From Vicugna vicugna (taxonomy: Eukaryota), in the NCBI GenBank assembly GCA_013265495.1, contig MU058796.1:496001-560000 (forward strand): a stretch of 64,000 nucleotides of DNA, written 5' to 3'. The notes below the pieces were generated by a model. It was not told the DNA's origin, ran no database searches, and saw only the letters and a program-made list of their open reading frames with translations. Positions 1 to 14,806 of this stretch are shown here, one piece after another. The position numbers were made by a program, and so were the translations under genes. The first letter of the stretch is position 1; each line of letters starts with the position of its first letter.

Positions 1-3000
1 GCGATTAGAATTGTTTAGAAATTTAGCATCTTTCTTTTAAGATTAGGGTGCAGACTGGTTTGTTCCCTATCTGTTCTGTAATCCAGAGGAAATGCAGGTA
101 GCCACAGTAGTAATGAAAAACTTCAGTTAGGTCACAACATGTTAAGTATTAAGTTTTCATGGATTTAGAGACGGGTTCTTAGAAGTCTTGACTTTAGTCT
201 GAAAGACTTCAAGTAGTACCTCCCCTCCCAAGGTTCTTATCAACTTATAAAATACGTAGTTTTAATCTTCCATATTTTTATTTTGAAAGCACTTGTGATG
301 CTGATGATTTGAATGTTCTGTGCAACTTTTTTTGTATTGATATATTCCTCTCACAAAGACTTAATTTATTCAGACTGTATTAAGTAGTGGTTCTGATTGA
401 CTCGTGTAATACTCATCAGACTAAATAGAAGGAGGCATATGTCCTTGGAAATTATTTTATTTTGTGTCCTGCTTTCTGAAAAGTCATTGCCAGCAGAAGA
501 CGTGAAGATAATTTTATACGTATCAGTGTAGATATATTCTGGATATCCTAGGGCTGGTACATAGCCAGTATAATAGTGATTTTCCTGTTGTGATGGTGTT
601 AAAAATGTTTTAGCCTTTTATACTCTTTGTAAGTATAAAAGAATGCTGACAAGCCTGTGGTATGCAAAAGTAAGTAAATAAAAATGAAATAATATCAGAA
701 ACATTTATAATTTCTTACTTGATCATTTGTCAGCTCTGTTAGCTTAAATGCTTAACCCTTCAGAGAAAATGCAGGATTAACATAAGCAAAATTTTGGTAT
801 GAAACCAGTAATGTGGAATGTAGATTAAAATAAGAACAAACTAAGAAATATGTTTATTCTGTATTACTGCATCTTGTAGAGAAAATGATGAAGTTAAAGC
901 TCAAGTTTGTTTTTAATTCAGGGTCTTGACTGAAAAGCAAAGGCATTTTAAGCCACCTATCTATTTCAAAGGTGGGATGGATAGACCGCCTGCTGTTAAC
1001 ACGCTGTAAGGAAAATAGAGGGATATAAATGAGTTTTGGTGATCTGCCTGCCACTGAATATAAATGAAGCTGAAAATCTGTCCTGTGCTCTTAATCGTGG
1101 ACCACTAGAGTGTTCAAGTCTTTGTGCAAAAGTAAAGGCTGTCATAAAGGATTACTATTAGCTGCTTAAGTTTTTTATTATGTGAATAGTTGTTAACACT
1201 GCATAGTTAGATATAATTCAGTTATAATACTCTAATATTTCTGTAAATATGGTACTTTGTGAAAGTGCTTTGACACATTCTGATTGAAATGTAGAAAAAT
1301 CCATTTTACTGGAACATTATAAATGATAGATCAGAGTTGTGAGTCACCTTTAGAGGGAGAAAATGGAGTAGCCTTTACAAGGTATCCAAAGTTAACTTAG
1401 CTAAAGCAGTAAAAACATTTTTAGAATTCAAATGCCTTCCGCATGATCCCAAAACTGGTAATATTTGCTGAGTGTCATTATACGACAAGAAGCTGGAAAT
1501 TTTTTGAAAGCATGGATAGTATTGTAATCTTTGAGTAGAGAATGAGGGAAGTTGAGATAATCACATAATTCTTAGTTTTCCCCTCTCCGTGTGAAAACAT
1601 CTTATTCTTACCAGTGAACATATCCAAAGTGCCAGGTTGCTGAAAAGAATTTCAGTTTTAGTTATCCATTAGTAAAGTTTAATAGACTCACATTCCTTCT
1701 GCTGGTTGTTTATCAAGATGGGAAAAATAGACACAATCCGTTATTTTAAATATAGGTAAAAAGATGAAGTAGTGAGGGATTGTATTTGTGAATATATTTA
1801 ACCCCAGAATTCTGTGACATTTGGGTGGTTTTATCTTAAGAATGTGTAAAGAGTTTCCTAGATCTTTTCCCACTCATAAACTTTCAAAACCTCAAAATCA
1901 TGATTCATTTTGCAGGGCGGCTGTTCCAGCATGCCCTCTTTGTTTCCATCCATGGCACTGAAAACTGGCCATTCCACCCTTTCTGCATGCCTCTATTTGG
2001 AAACAACTTAATTGTATGATACTGTCATCATGTAGCTTTAAGCCCTTCTAAAGATCATAGGTCAAGCTTAAAATTAAAGGTGAGCGTTGCTTTATAGTGT
2101 CAATTATACCTTTTGGAGCATTGGTGGAACATTGATCAAACATTTTAATAATGAGTTTCAGTCTGGATTAATTTATATATATTGTGTAAAGTTCATTAAG
2201 GATTATAATCAACATAGAATGGAATTGTGAAATTTTTGATCCTGGAGGTTCCTGCTTTTTACCCTTGATGAAATTAGTCATAGATGAAATGTCTATTGAA
2301 ATTTAAAATCAAGGAAAAACTATTAAGGTTATATACTCGTTTCCCCAGAATGTCTCTCCAGTTGCTGTGCTCCAGGTCTGAAGTCTCTCATTGTAGAACA
2401 GCAAAGGAGCAGCATCTTAGCATTTATTAATAAGTGCTTGTAAATTCTGCTCTGTGATTAAGTCTGTCTTTTATGCACTGTCATGTAGAGTTAAAGCAGA
2501 GAATTTATGGAAAAGTCATTTACTTTTGTGATATAGCTTTAGGTTTTTAAATTTAGTATTACAGGAAAACATTTCACTTAACTCAGTTGAACAGAAGCTT
2601 TTTTTCAGTCTTAATTTGCTCAAGCTACCGAAGAAAAATACCTGCTTACCTGTGTTCCTATTTTCTAAACGCTTAATTCTGTAGGACAACACCTTTTCCT
2701 CCCCAAATCCCTGTAGCAAGTGACCCTGTCAAGCGAAAGTGGGGAATAATGGGAGGCAACCCAAGGAAGGTAGCTCGTTTACAAGCAGCTGTTTGCTACT
2801 GTCAGAACAAAGGCAAATCAGAGTTGCGTTAAAGGGATGTGACAGGCAGAGTGAACAACTGTCCAACTGCCAGCCTGCTTCCCTAATAATACTCATCTTC
2901 CACTGTGTGGTTGGAACACTGACTTGGCTTGAGTAGCTATTCCTCAGGGTATGGGGTGAAAATGTGTAAGAAAATAAAGATCCATTTTTTTAGCATGAAG

Positions 3001-5397
3001 TAAAAGTTATTAAAGCACCTTTGTAATGCTTTTGAGTGACAGACATGGATGTGTTACGTTCTATAGACTTTTGATTGTACTGTTTATTGTTATGTAGGAT
3101 TTGAACTATGGTATGTTCAGATCTATTTAATATTGCATCGTGTTGTGATTACATTATTGATGTACTTTTGGAAATTCAGAACACAGTTAAGTCTTACTCT
3201 TTAAAATAGTAATTAAGTGTAGTAGTAGCCTTCTTACATGTTGACATGGAAAAAGACTCCTTTTTATTTGTGGCTTGACATATAATCTGCCCTTTTGTTA
3301 CTGTTTTTGGTGGGGGTCTTAGAGTTTACTGTGTGACTTACGTGCTGATGTGGAATGGAGAGCATCACCTGTATCTGGTATTTGCATTTTTAAAATACTG
3401 CTTTTAAAATGTTCCAGAGAGATGCGTTTTCTTTCCAACTAGCCTCTTTAATGCACAGTTAATAATATGTCCTTCACTTGAACTTTTTCCCCCATAAATC
3501 AATTATTCATTTGCTATAGTAGTTGAATGTTTTAAAGTGCATAAAGGAGAACACTGTATATCAAGTGCTTGTGGAGTAAGTCTTTATTCATTTGAGTAAG
3601 AATCTAGACCTTGAGAATTTAACATCTTTGTGTCTTTCAATGAATGGTTAAGGCAGTTCCAAAAGTTGACATTTTTAAAAGATTAGCATATTTGGGCAAT
3701 TTTTAGAATATTAAAAAAAGCTGAACTATTAAAATGCTTCCTGCATATGACTTTATATGATACAAATTCATTCAAAAATATGAAAAGTTCTGTATGCTTA
3801 GCCAAAAGCAGGATTCAGCTTGATTTTATCATATGCTTTGAATGTGTTCCTGAAATATTTTTTAAAGCAGAGGTTAAATTGATCTCATTTCTCATTGACT
3901 CCCTTTATAATTTATGTGTTCTCCTATAAAATAATATTTAAGAATCCGAATATTTGTTTTTAATGTTGCTGTAGCTCATCTGTATTATTTTCCAGTAAAG
4001 CTCTTAACAATACTAAGTTGGAAGATATGTGACCTTTTACACTCATTCAAATGTGCTATAAAATTACTTGTTCCATTGATTTTATTAGACTATTCCAAAG
4101 CATGAGAGAAATCCCTGATTTACTCTTAACAGAGCTTTTCATTAATAACAAGTATCAATAAATGCTTATTTAACTTAAGTGACCAAGTTAAAGACTGTAG
4201 AAGTTAATGGGACTTCGGAGGTAATTTAATCCACCCCCTTCATTTTTGACCTGAAGAATGGTTCACAACGCGATGTTTATTCAGGTTAATGTGGTAAATT
4301 AGTGGCAGAATCAGTTTAACTCAAACCCTCAGACTGAGACAAAAATTCTTGAAAATTCTTGTCTTTCATTGTTATTTCCTGCCTTTGGTTTATACGGCTA
4401 ATCTAGTGATGGAATCTCAGCTTCAGAAACTCTCAGCCCAAGTTTCCGAGTTACGGCCCAGTGGGCTGTGTCTCACCAAGCTTGGTCTCGTGTGTAGTGG
4501 AGTTGATTTCCTTTTCTGAGACAGGATTCTCTGGGTGCTCATCTCTGCCAGTCAGCTCAGCCTCTCATCCAGTGTTAATTCCCATTTCTGTCTCCCTAAT
4601 CATCACCCTTTTTATTAATTTTTGAGCATGCCAGCAAAGTAACCACATTTTGGTATGATAGATAGTCTCACTTTAAGATGACATCAAGTGGGATAGTTCT
4701 CAGGATTCACCTTCAGACTAAATAATGTTTGCTTTTATCCCTGTGCATCAAAATTTATGGCTGCAATTGACATGAGGAAGGGGGTGTGATGGTATTGGTA
4801 TTTTGGGGACAGAGGCTAGAGATCTTAAAAGAAATTTAGCCACTGGCTTAAATAGTTATGTAGATACCTTGCCCTCAGAAGTTGTTGAGCATGGCTTATC
4901 TGCTTAGTAGCAGTCAGAGCCATTTAAAATATTTGCCAGGTGTTAATCGTAAGTCATGCTTGACAAAAGCAGTTTAACTGTGTTTGAAAGAAAAAAATAA
5001 CTTCTGTAAATTATGTTTACAGATTTTAAAAAACAGGCTAGGAATATTTATAGTTTTCCATTTGTTTATGATATTAGAATACTGTGTAGTTTTAATGAAT
5101 AAGCATTTGTAGTTCTCCATCCGAAAATTGTACTACCATTTGAGGGGAGCTTTATTCTCCTTTGGTTAAGCTTCCCTAGAGATTCAGGAAAACCGTAATA
5201 GTTTTCCAAGTAAGTAAATTTCTTATGTTCAAAGCTCATCCCTTGGGCACAGGAAGAAGACCTTTATAGTGGCCTTCCTTGTTCTTCTTCCATAACATCA
5301 CCTAACATGATGGAGTTTCTTATTCAGTACACAGCTTATGTACTTGCTATAGGTTCCACATTACACATACATAGAAATCACTATAATAATTACTACA

Positions 5398-5517
5398 GGA
5401 GGAAGGTATAGCTCAGTGGTAGAGTGCATGCCTAGCATGCATGAGGTCCTGGGTTCAAACCCCAGTATCTCCATTAAAAAACATAAATAAAGAGCCCTAA
5501 TTACCTCCCCCCTAAAA
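5398..5517 (+). mobile_element. tRNA-derived SINE, camelid vic-1 type
   Basis: A-box TAGCTCAGTGG, B-box GGGTTCAAACC, tail AAATAAA..CCTAATTACCTCCCCC-A(n). 13-bp TSD AATAATTAC(T/G)ACA at 5385-5397 and 5518-5530. Confidence 0.9.
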
Positions 5518-8500
5518 AATAATTACGACAATATAGATCAGAAATCTATTTATTAATTGACTTGACATTATAGTAATTTGTAAATAAACAAGTATCACTT
5601 TATTCAACCCATTTAATACTGATGATACATCTTTTGGAAAATGTTTCAAAATACATGAAAATTTAATAACCTATGAAATTTAAGTTATTATATGTATGTT
5701 TTAAAATTATATATTTGCAAATAATTTATGTTTGAGACTATGTGTATGAATAGACTTGAAGAAATCACATGAGAAGAACTGATAGGAAGTTTGATTTTTA
5801 ATTGTTAACATATTTCTTGACTTAAAAATAGGTTTTAGAAGTTAGAAGGTTAATTTATACTTTCAATAAAAGCATGCATTTAAAAATTACTCTTTTCTTT
5901 TAAGTTCTAAATAATAAGTGGAAATTGTCTTTTATATGGCACTGGATCAGTCTGTATCAATCTGTTTTATTTTTCTTTTTCTGAATTTCTCTCATTTAAT
6001 GGCCACCTTCTCACAGCAGAGGAGGACATTTGTTCATTACTTTGCCTGAATAATACTAACACACTAGCAGATGGTCACTTTCCAACTGGTTTGTCTTCAA
6101 AAAAGAAATTAAAATATTATAGTACCAGAGAGAGATGTTGTAATGTCTCCCTTTTAAATTAACAGGTCGTTCTTTTCAACTATTTTGTAATTATAAAATA
6201 GCTCAATGTCACATAAAAGGCTAAAAGCTAGAGTAAATGGCATCATGGGAAATGAAATAAATACAGGCCTGTGTGGTTTCGAGTCCTATTCTTGAACACA
6301 CTAGAAATTAGGATTTCTTAAAAAGATACATACACACTATCTAAAGTGATAGCATTTGGTTCTATTGGATTCTGGTCTAAGTTCGTATCTGGCACAAGTT
6401 CATATCAAAAGTTAGCAGTTTTAAAACATATATACACATTCTGAAATAAGATACTTTCCCCAAAACTATTAATTAAAGCAAATCTGTTAGCCTAACAATG
6501 AAATCAAATATGGAAACAATTTTTCTGCTTCTTCCTTTCCCACACTTGACCCCTCAAGAAGAGATCTTTACCTCTGATTGGCTTTAAGACTTGAATTATT
6601 CCGGGTGTGGGACTAAATTGAAAGTAGCGTTGTAATAGTAGAAATACAACATACAGATGAATAGACTTGGAGTCAGTGTGTAATGGAAATATCTGGAGAA
6701 AGTGAACTATTCTTAAAACACAGAGTTATTATTGAACTAACTTGGGAAAAGTCAAAAATACTTACCAGTAAATGTTGGAAAAAACTAGGATCATAGTCAA
6801 AAGGAAATCATTTGTTTTGACTTTTCTGTGCCACTAAATTGCCACTAAATATGTATCCAAGGGCAGAGACTTAGATGTGGACTATCATTCCTCATCTAGA
6901 ACATTAGCCAGTTGGATCAGATAAATCCTAAGGCCATTTTTTAAGCTTTCTAACTAATAGATGGATGATTAATTACTCAATCCAGAATAAAATATTTAAA
7001 ATCCATTTGCCCAAGTGAGCCAGGTGTATCTGCAATGAAATGGGAGTTCACATAATGACTATCTTCATATTTGTAGTAAAAAATCAAATGTTACAGAAAC
7101 TAAAATATAAAACAACTAAATGTGATTTTGAGTTCTAATTAATAGCACTATGAACAAAACAAGCCCTTTAAACATGTTGAGATTTGGTTTCTCATCTGAA
7201 CGATGGAAATAATAATACTTCAGTTTATCTCACTCTGTCTAAAGAGATACCCTGTTTTTTTGCCCTTTTCAAAGAGTGACTGTTTGAATATCCTTGTGGG
7301 TGCCCTTGCTGGAGTGCTTTCTAGCATGTTACTTGGACCTCAGATACTGTGGAGGGAGTTACTTCTCAAGTAGTTGGATGTTCCCTGTCTCCCGAAGAGT
7401 AAAAGATAGAAAACAACCTTATCTGATTTGTGTACAGAGGTGGAAGATGAAGACAGCCTAAGTTCTTTCTTAACAGGGGTTTTTTTGTAGAAAATTTAAG
7501 ATCTCTTAGTCCTCTTCCCTCGAATTCTGCCTAACCAGTGTAACAGCATCTTTCAGTCTCTCACACTGTGTTGGCATTATTCCCCCTGGGCCTCCGACCT
7601 CATTTCTTTCTGAGTTTGTTTGCAATATCAGTATACTCAAATCACATGTTATGCGCTACATAGGTTTATGTGCTAAGTGTGAAACATACAGTTACGAAAT
7701 GGTACAGAGATCGATGGATCCAGGGCTCAAAATTATGAGTGACAGAGTTTTGTGGGGAGGAGTAAGGCATTAATTTCTGTGCACTTTATTTATTTAAATA
7801 CTAACCGCCTGTTTACATTTGCATTCTTCTTTTCAAATCACTGTTATTGTTTTCAAGTTATTACAAACAGCACTCAGAAAGCCAGCCAGCCAGCCAGCTT
7901 GGAGCTTTTCTTACTCCTGGTGTCCTCCGCCTGTGGTCTCTTTTGCTCATTTTTCAGGGTCAGGCTGAGATCCCCTTTCCTTCATAACAGCTTTCACACA
8001 TTAATCTCCCTTTACTCCCAGTTTTTACACCGCACGGTTTGGGCCACATAACTGAACGTTTGCTTCTGTGTACTTCCTTCTATGGATCTGTGTCTTTGCT
8101 CCCCCAGCAGACATCAGACTACGCAAGACGAAGACGTCACGTTGTCTGAGGCCTTAAATCTGCCCCAGACTGTGCTGAAACCGCTAAGTGGTGGTCAGTG
8201 AATAATTGATTGATTCATTCGTTTGTTCCTTTTCCTCATTACCCGTTTTTTTTTTCATTGAAGGTGAAATGAAAGAAAATGGGTAATGAGATCTTTTTTT
8301 TCCTGAGTGCACCGTTTCAACTGGCCTCCCTGCTTTTCTGATATGCCAACATACAGAGATGTACTATGGAAGCATTTACATTATACAGAATTTGCACAAC
8401 TTATTTTCTGATTTTAGGTATCTGAGAAGAAAGGGAAGATAGAGAAATGATGATTCATGACATGTTGTTCCAACTAGAAATGAGAAAATTGGTTAAGTGT

Positions 8501-11299
8501 CCAAAAATCAGGTCGGTGCTAAATAGGCCAAGGTGATTTTTCCATGTAATCCTGGTGGTTTGCAGGGTTTACTGGTTTCTTATAACTGGAAGTCACTGCT
8601 TTCTAGCAAACCTATTGATGGATTATGATCATGCCAAATATACTGCTAATAGTTAAAATATTCTTGTAGATTCTAGGTCCTATTGGTATTCATCAGAATG
8701 AAAGTTAAAATTTCACTGTAATTTTTTAGATAAAAATTTTTTTACAGTTAAAAAAGATGCTTTCTGCAAAGCATGTCCACACAACCAGAGCTGTTTATAT
8801 GGATAATGACATAGCATATGTGGAAGTAGTTTGAAAACTTAGCTACATTATAAACATACAAGTTAACTTTATGGTTAGAACATACCCCCGAGGGAGAGAT
8901 TAAATGCTTTTTGTATCCTTGTCAAATGTTAAACTGAAAACCTGGAATCTCTTCTTACAGTTCATAAGATGCTCTCCTAGCCCTTTCAACTGGTTCCTAC
9001 AGATAATGTAAACCTAACCTATCTGTAGTGTGCAGTGAATCAGCTTCTCTCCAGTGCAGCTAGAATAGCAGCATTAGGAAAACAGACCTTCAGTCATTTT
9101 ATGTAGCACTTTCTTCTCTTGTGGAATCCTCACTGAGAAAAGCTTTAAAAGAATCTGAATGTAACCTTTATTTGCATAAAACTGATTTCCCCACAAATAT
9201 GTTTTTGTGAGTTTTCTCCTTCTACGTTATTCTTATTTGACCCAGTTGGTCAGTGGTTAAGAGGTGTTAACTCTACAGTATAGTCCAGATCTGGATGGCC
9301 CTACTTGTTTTCAAAGTTTTAAATGTTGTCGCCATGTTTTATTGACAGCATTTTTTCTATTTAATTATGTCTTTTGTTGGCAGCTCAAACTGTCTCTATT
9401 TACTCTTATTTAGAATGCAGCTGGCAACAGCAGTTGGTTTTTGAAACCAAAGCACATAATTAACTTCCCCAGTTAAGGTATGGTGTGTTTCATTGGGAAA
9501 GAAAGGATTTTATGGGGTATGTTGCTTTAGTCTGAGAAGTTATGCAGTGTATTTTCAAGATGATGTATTTTATGTGAAGAGAACTTAAGCAGAGAATTAG
9601 AAAAAAAAAGTGTAACATTCTAACACTACCTGAGTCCTAAAGTACTACAAAAGTAGTTTAATTTTAACAGTTGAACCAAGAAAATCAAATACTAACGTTC
9701 AAATGTCAAATTAACTTTAATGGAGCCAGGAGGAGCACCTGGGAACGTGTTCTTTTCACATCTATTTGCTTGAATAATCACGCTTATGCTATATTGCTTT
9801 GATGTCGATTTTTGAAGAAATGTGAATACCTTCCTGCTCCTTCTATTTTCCAGGACACTCTGTAGTTATTGATTCTAAAGGAGAATAAATAAACCCACTT
9901 ATTTGAAGTAAGATAAAAATGGGGGAAATATTTGAGCAATAAATTTCATAAGATGAGATTTCTTATGTCCTGGCAACTTACTGGAACCTTTCTTTCTACT
10001 GATGTTGTACCACACTTTGATTCTGGATCCTCTTCCTGCAGGCATCAGCCATTCTGCTTCATTACTTTTTCCATTTTTGACACTCTACCTGAGTTCCTGT
10101 AATTATTACACTTTCTTTCTTTCTTAGTGTTAACTACTTTCTTTACTTAGCAGCTTAGGCAAGACAAGTTTTCTTTGTTTTTTAAAAACTAAGGTACATG
10201 GTATTTTAAAATCAGAATCGTAACTGTAATAGTGACACACTACAAATACTGAAAGAAAAAGTCTTCAGTTGCTAATTTTTTACATGCTTAAGTGTTTTGG
10301 GTTGTTAAGAAGTTTTTCCTCTGTCTTCAGATGAAACTATTTCTTCATTGCTCATCCCCATGAAAACATCCCTATGTTTGTGAAGGATTTTTAAAGAACC
10401 TTGACTCTTTTTTTCCCCTGAAATTACTTGTTGACAGATTGTAGTTTCCTAGAGACTACTATGGTATATATATATTTTTTAACGGATGTTTTACCAAACT
10501 CTCTGACCTGCTCTTCCAAATTTACAATTTTCCTGCCTGGTGTTTTAATTTTAATTTGAAAATGGGGAAATTGCTAATGCCACACTGAAAGTGAAAATTT
10601 TATTGAATGCTTCCTGAGTAAACAGAGCTAAATACTGTGCATACATGCTTTCATATAATACTTAGAAACTCTAACAGTCCATGCTATTATCTTTATTACT
10701 AATTAACTGACCAGCTCTAGCGAAACATTCGTTGTGTGTGACCCAATATTGAGTTTAAGTAAATAAAAGAGAAAAGAAATGAATACATACACTGAATCCT
10801 GGAAGTTGTAATGCTGATGAAGATCATTTTTATTTCAATGTGAACAGATAGAATTTAAAAATATATTGATAATTTTACTTTTATACCATTTTAGTAGTTG
10901 AAGTGAGTAGAAAGAACCTCAAAACTGAGTGATCTAAAGAAGTGTTCCAGCATATATAGCAAAATGAAATAAAGGAATACTTTCTAAAAGGAATTAGAAT
11001 TATATTAGAAAATAAATGTTTTTAATTAAATCTAGTTAAGGAAATCAAAATAATTAATAGAAAACAATGGGTGCAGTGTATGGAATCAGAAACAAAGTTG
11101 CCTATTTATTTCAGGATTTTATAATGGTTATTATTCTAAAAATGACCAATATACAAAAATAGAAATAAGGAAAAGAAAGTTATGTAAGACATTTTGATCT
11201 GGCAATACCTATTTGACACTGCTTTTACTATTTTTTATATATACTATTTGGTTTATAAATATTAAATAATGTTTAATATAAATATTCATTATATAGGTG

Positions 11300-11324
11300 T
11301 ATATATATATATACATATATATAT
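11300..11324. repeat. (TA)n microsatellite, one interruption
   Basis: Read directly from the sequence. Confidence 0.9.
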
Positions 11325-13319
11325 CTTTTAAACCAAATAGTTGATCTTTATTTTCAGAAGAACTTAAAAAATGATGTTTAACTTTAAGATATTAATGATT
11401 ACTGGTTCACAAACAGGTCTTCTGATAGTAAGTCAGTAAATTAGTAAAAACTTTCTATAAACGCAGTTGCTAAGACCTGCCGAGGCACCTTGGTCCCATT
11501 TCTTATCTAAAGCTTGATACAAATATACTGCTGCTTACTAGTTAATTACTGTCTCCAGAGAGAAAAGGAAAGGCCTTGAATTCAGCGTTTGTATGGTCGC
11601 ATGGCCCTGTTCAGTCAAGCTCAATGCATGTTACATGATTGCCTGAGAGGAACAGAAAAGCTACTTTCTCAGTCTCTGAGCAGAATGCATGAGAAGGCTT
11701 CGTGTCAAAAGGGGCAAGACGGGGATCACAGCAATTATGGCAGAGGCAAAGTAGTTTCCTTGACAACCAGATTTGAGGATTCATTGTGATTTATTATTTA
11801 CTACTTCAAAACCTCGTTCTGTGATTTAATTAAGCATTGGAGTTTCCATAAATTCTGTTTTCCCCAAATTTGAATACCCTGTTATTGTTAAAATGTGCAC
11901 TGAAACAATCCCAAACTGATGTTACTTGAAAATAGAGACAAATTAGACTCACCCTGTAGCTTTGTGAATATCTAGGCAGATCACTTCGATAACAGTTAAC
12001 TGAAACTAAGTGGATCTTATGTTGGGTGATGTTGTTAATCAGCACTTACTAAAAACTTGATAATAACGATGCCCCTGGGGAATCTTCAATGGAACATGTT
12101 TGCAACAAGTGAATTGTACCTTTTTTGTTGAAAGCAGTTTTGAATAGTTTGTACATGATTTGTATTTCTTGTATCATTTTAGATGTAATATACACATGTT
12201 ATTTCTTTGCAATTACCTAAATAATTACACACCTTTTATATTGCCCAAATTATAGTCTTTTAAATTTATTAGTAATCAGGTAATTCTTTACCAGAAAGCA
12301 AAAGTTCAACTTCTTAGAGCAAGTTAACCACCAGATAATTTTGTATTTCCTGTTTTCTCTTCCCAAATACACCTCAGATGTTTATTACCTTTTCAGATGA
12401 AGCTCTAAATTAACTAATTATTCTGCATTATTAATAATCAATTTAATAAGCTTTTAAAATGTATTTTTTATTTAAACAACAAACCCTGCCAAGTAAAAAT
12501 AATTTTAAACCTTTATTGAATTCCTATTCAGAATGAAATATTTGCATGTACTCTTTTTAATTAAAAAAGCATCTGCTTAGCTCGTTTACATTGTTTCTGT
12601 CAGAATTTCTGCCTGAGGATTCTATATATAATTAATGTAAGAAAAACAAGACAGTAATCCCTTGGTAGAAAGCTGGTAATGGATTCAAAGACCAAAGCTC
12701 TGAAATTGCAGGAATGTGACACACTTTCTCAGAAAGATGCACTTAGTCCTAAAGTCTAGGGATATGGAAAAGTGCCCCCTAGTGTCATTAGGTAGACGCT
12801 CTGAGTATATATTGTACGTGTAGTACAGATTATTATAGGTAAACTTATAACTGATAGTAAACATGATTTGAGGAGGACCACCCCTTTCTCCAGAACAGAG
12901 CTTTGAGTGTCCATTGGAAGCTTTAGATTTCTTATTGAGCCAGTTGACAGAATACAAAATGCATATCGAGAACATGTGGAACAGTTGACTAGGCGGTATG
13001 ACCAGTGTCTGAGGGCAGTGTCTAACGTTAGTTCAGGAACCTCTGGGAGTTCATGGAACCATCCTGGCCAGGTTGCTTATTTTTTTTTATTTAAGGATTT
13101 GGGCTAGATTGGTGTTTGTAAAATTGTAAAGTACCACCCATTATCAATTTGAGAAGATAGTATTTCGTGGGCTATGATCAGCACTTCAGGTAAGTAGAAT
13201 AGCAAATGGAGGGCACTGTGTTTAATAAGGATACTTTTTCATGAAATCTGTGTTAATTATACATGGACATAGTAAGTATATTATTTTGATATAGAGTATC
13301 ATGCCTATGGGTATAGTTT

Positions 13320-13348
13320 TGTGTGTGTATGTGTGTGTGTGTGTGTGT
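13320..13348 (+). repeat. (TG)n microsatellite, one interruption
   Basis: Read directly from the sequence. Confidence 0.95.
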
Positions 13349-14398
13349 AAAGAAATACTGGATGGGTAATCCTAAGTGTCTCTCCCAGTTCCAACATCCG
13401 CAAATGAAATTTTAAATGTTTAGATTTTTCTTAGATTGCATTTTTTAAGAAAATAAAACATCATTTGCAAATACTTTTAGGAATAAAAAGATAAATAAGG
13501 AAGATGCAAGAATTAATATTGTAAGAGAAATAGTATCCATATGAATTGTAATTATTCCTAATTACTATGTGTGATAATTTAGGCCTGAGAAAAAGCAGTG
13601 AGAGCGTAGGGAACAAGTGATTAGTTCTGACTGTCAAGTTCAGAAGACACCCTATGACGTTAGAATGTATCCTTGGAAGATGAGGCTGATTTCATTCATT
13701 TGCAGTAGAGAACTGAGAGATGAATCCGGACATTTTGGGTGTGGCTGGAAAGTCAAGAGGCCCTGCGTGTCGCACCGGGGCTTTTGGAGTTTATCATGAA
13801 GACTGGGAGAGCTGTCAAACCTATTAAACCTGCTAGAAGTAGATTGCCTTATAGAAGAAAAAAGGTAGCAGAGTGGTTGTTGAAGGAAGTAGACAATGAC
13901 TCAAAGCACGGAGAGGATGATTTATAAGAGAATTTCAGAACAGCCATTCATGAGATGATGAGGGTCAGGGCTATAAACAGTGAATCAGAAGTCCTCTTTT
14001 GATAAACAGTAGAATAAAAATTAGTTAGACAGTCTTTATGCACACACTAGTTGAGTTTTATTGAATTTCTCAGTACATAGAGTTTTATTCTAATATTTTA
14101 GAAATACTGAGCAATTTTTGATACCTTTGCAAAATACACAAGTTATTTTGTGAAATGTGAGATGTTACATCTCAAATGAAGCCAGCTTTGTTGATTAAAC
14201 AAAAGCTGTAGTAAGAAGAAACATTTTATTGGAACACTTGGAGCTATGTATTCCATGTATTGTAGGTTGTTTAAAAAATAAAAGTTCTTACAATTAAAAA
14301 ATAGTTATAGGTTAAAAAATGACCTTGATGTGGTCACTTCACTCCTGAGCAGATCCTTACCTGTTTCACTTTGTGTATTCTTGATATTGGGAGATTTT

Positions 14399-14561
14399 GT
14401 TTTATTTTATTTTTAATGTATTGCACCTCTTTTTATTGATTTGGTGGGGGGGAGTTAACTAGGTTTACGTATTTGTTTAGTTTTAGGGGAGGTACTGGGC
14501 GCTGAACCCAGACCTTGTGTATGCTAAGCATGCTCTCTGCTACTTGATCTAAACTCTGCCC
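14399..14561 (-). mobile_element. tRNA-derived SINE, vic-1 type, more diverged copy
   Basis: Reverse complement of the same family (ggggggagttaactaggttta...gaggtactggg..tgaaccca..atgctaagcatgctc). Degenerate flanking repeat GATATTGG..GtTTT at ~14383 and ~14564. Confidence 0.8.
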
Positions 14562-14584
14562 TAGATATTGGAAGTTTTAAAAAC

Positions 14585-14806
14585 ATTGCCTTTCCTAAGG
14601 AACCTTCCTTGACACCCCCTGTCAAGATAATTTTCTGTCTTTTGTGAAGTCATTCACCTCTCTCACTTTATGAGGTCCTCTGTTCCAAGATTTTAAGACT
14701 GAACTGCTTAAAAGAATAGGAACTGAAAAACTCACTGTAGTATACTGTGTCCTGCTTATTAGCACATGGTGACCACTCAATAAATGTTTCAGTGTTGTAT
14801 GAATGA
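14585..14806 (+). mobile_element. L2 3' end
   Basis: ggaaccttccttgac...tagcacatggtgaccactcaataaatgttt....tgaatga. Confidence 0.55.

Noticed and set aside
5398..5475. tRNA genes here and at 20380 and 20630
   Set aside because: The tRNA-like heads are followed by a shared non-tRNA tail, an A-rich end and TSDs, so they are SINEs.
6829..6850. Tandem TGCCACTAAAT x2 (similarly AAAATTCTTG x2 at ~4342)
   Set aside because: Ordinary slippage micro-duplications with no further structure.
8401..8425. ttttctgattttAG|GTATCT as a recursive splice site
   Set aside because: The reconstituted donor is weak and there is no clear branch site; such motifs are expected by chance in T-rich introns.
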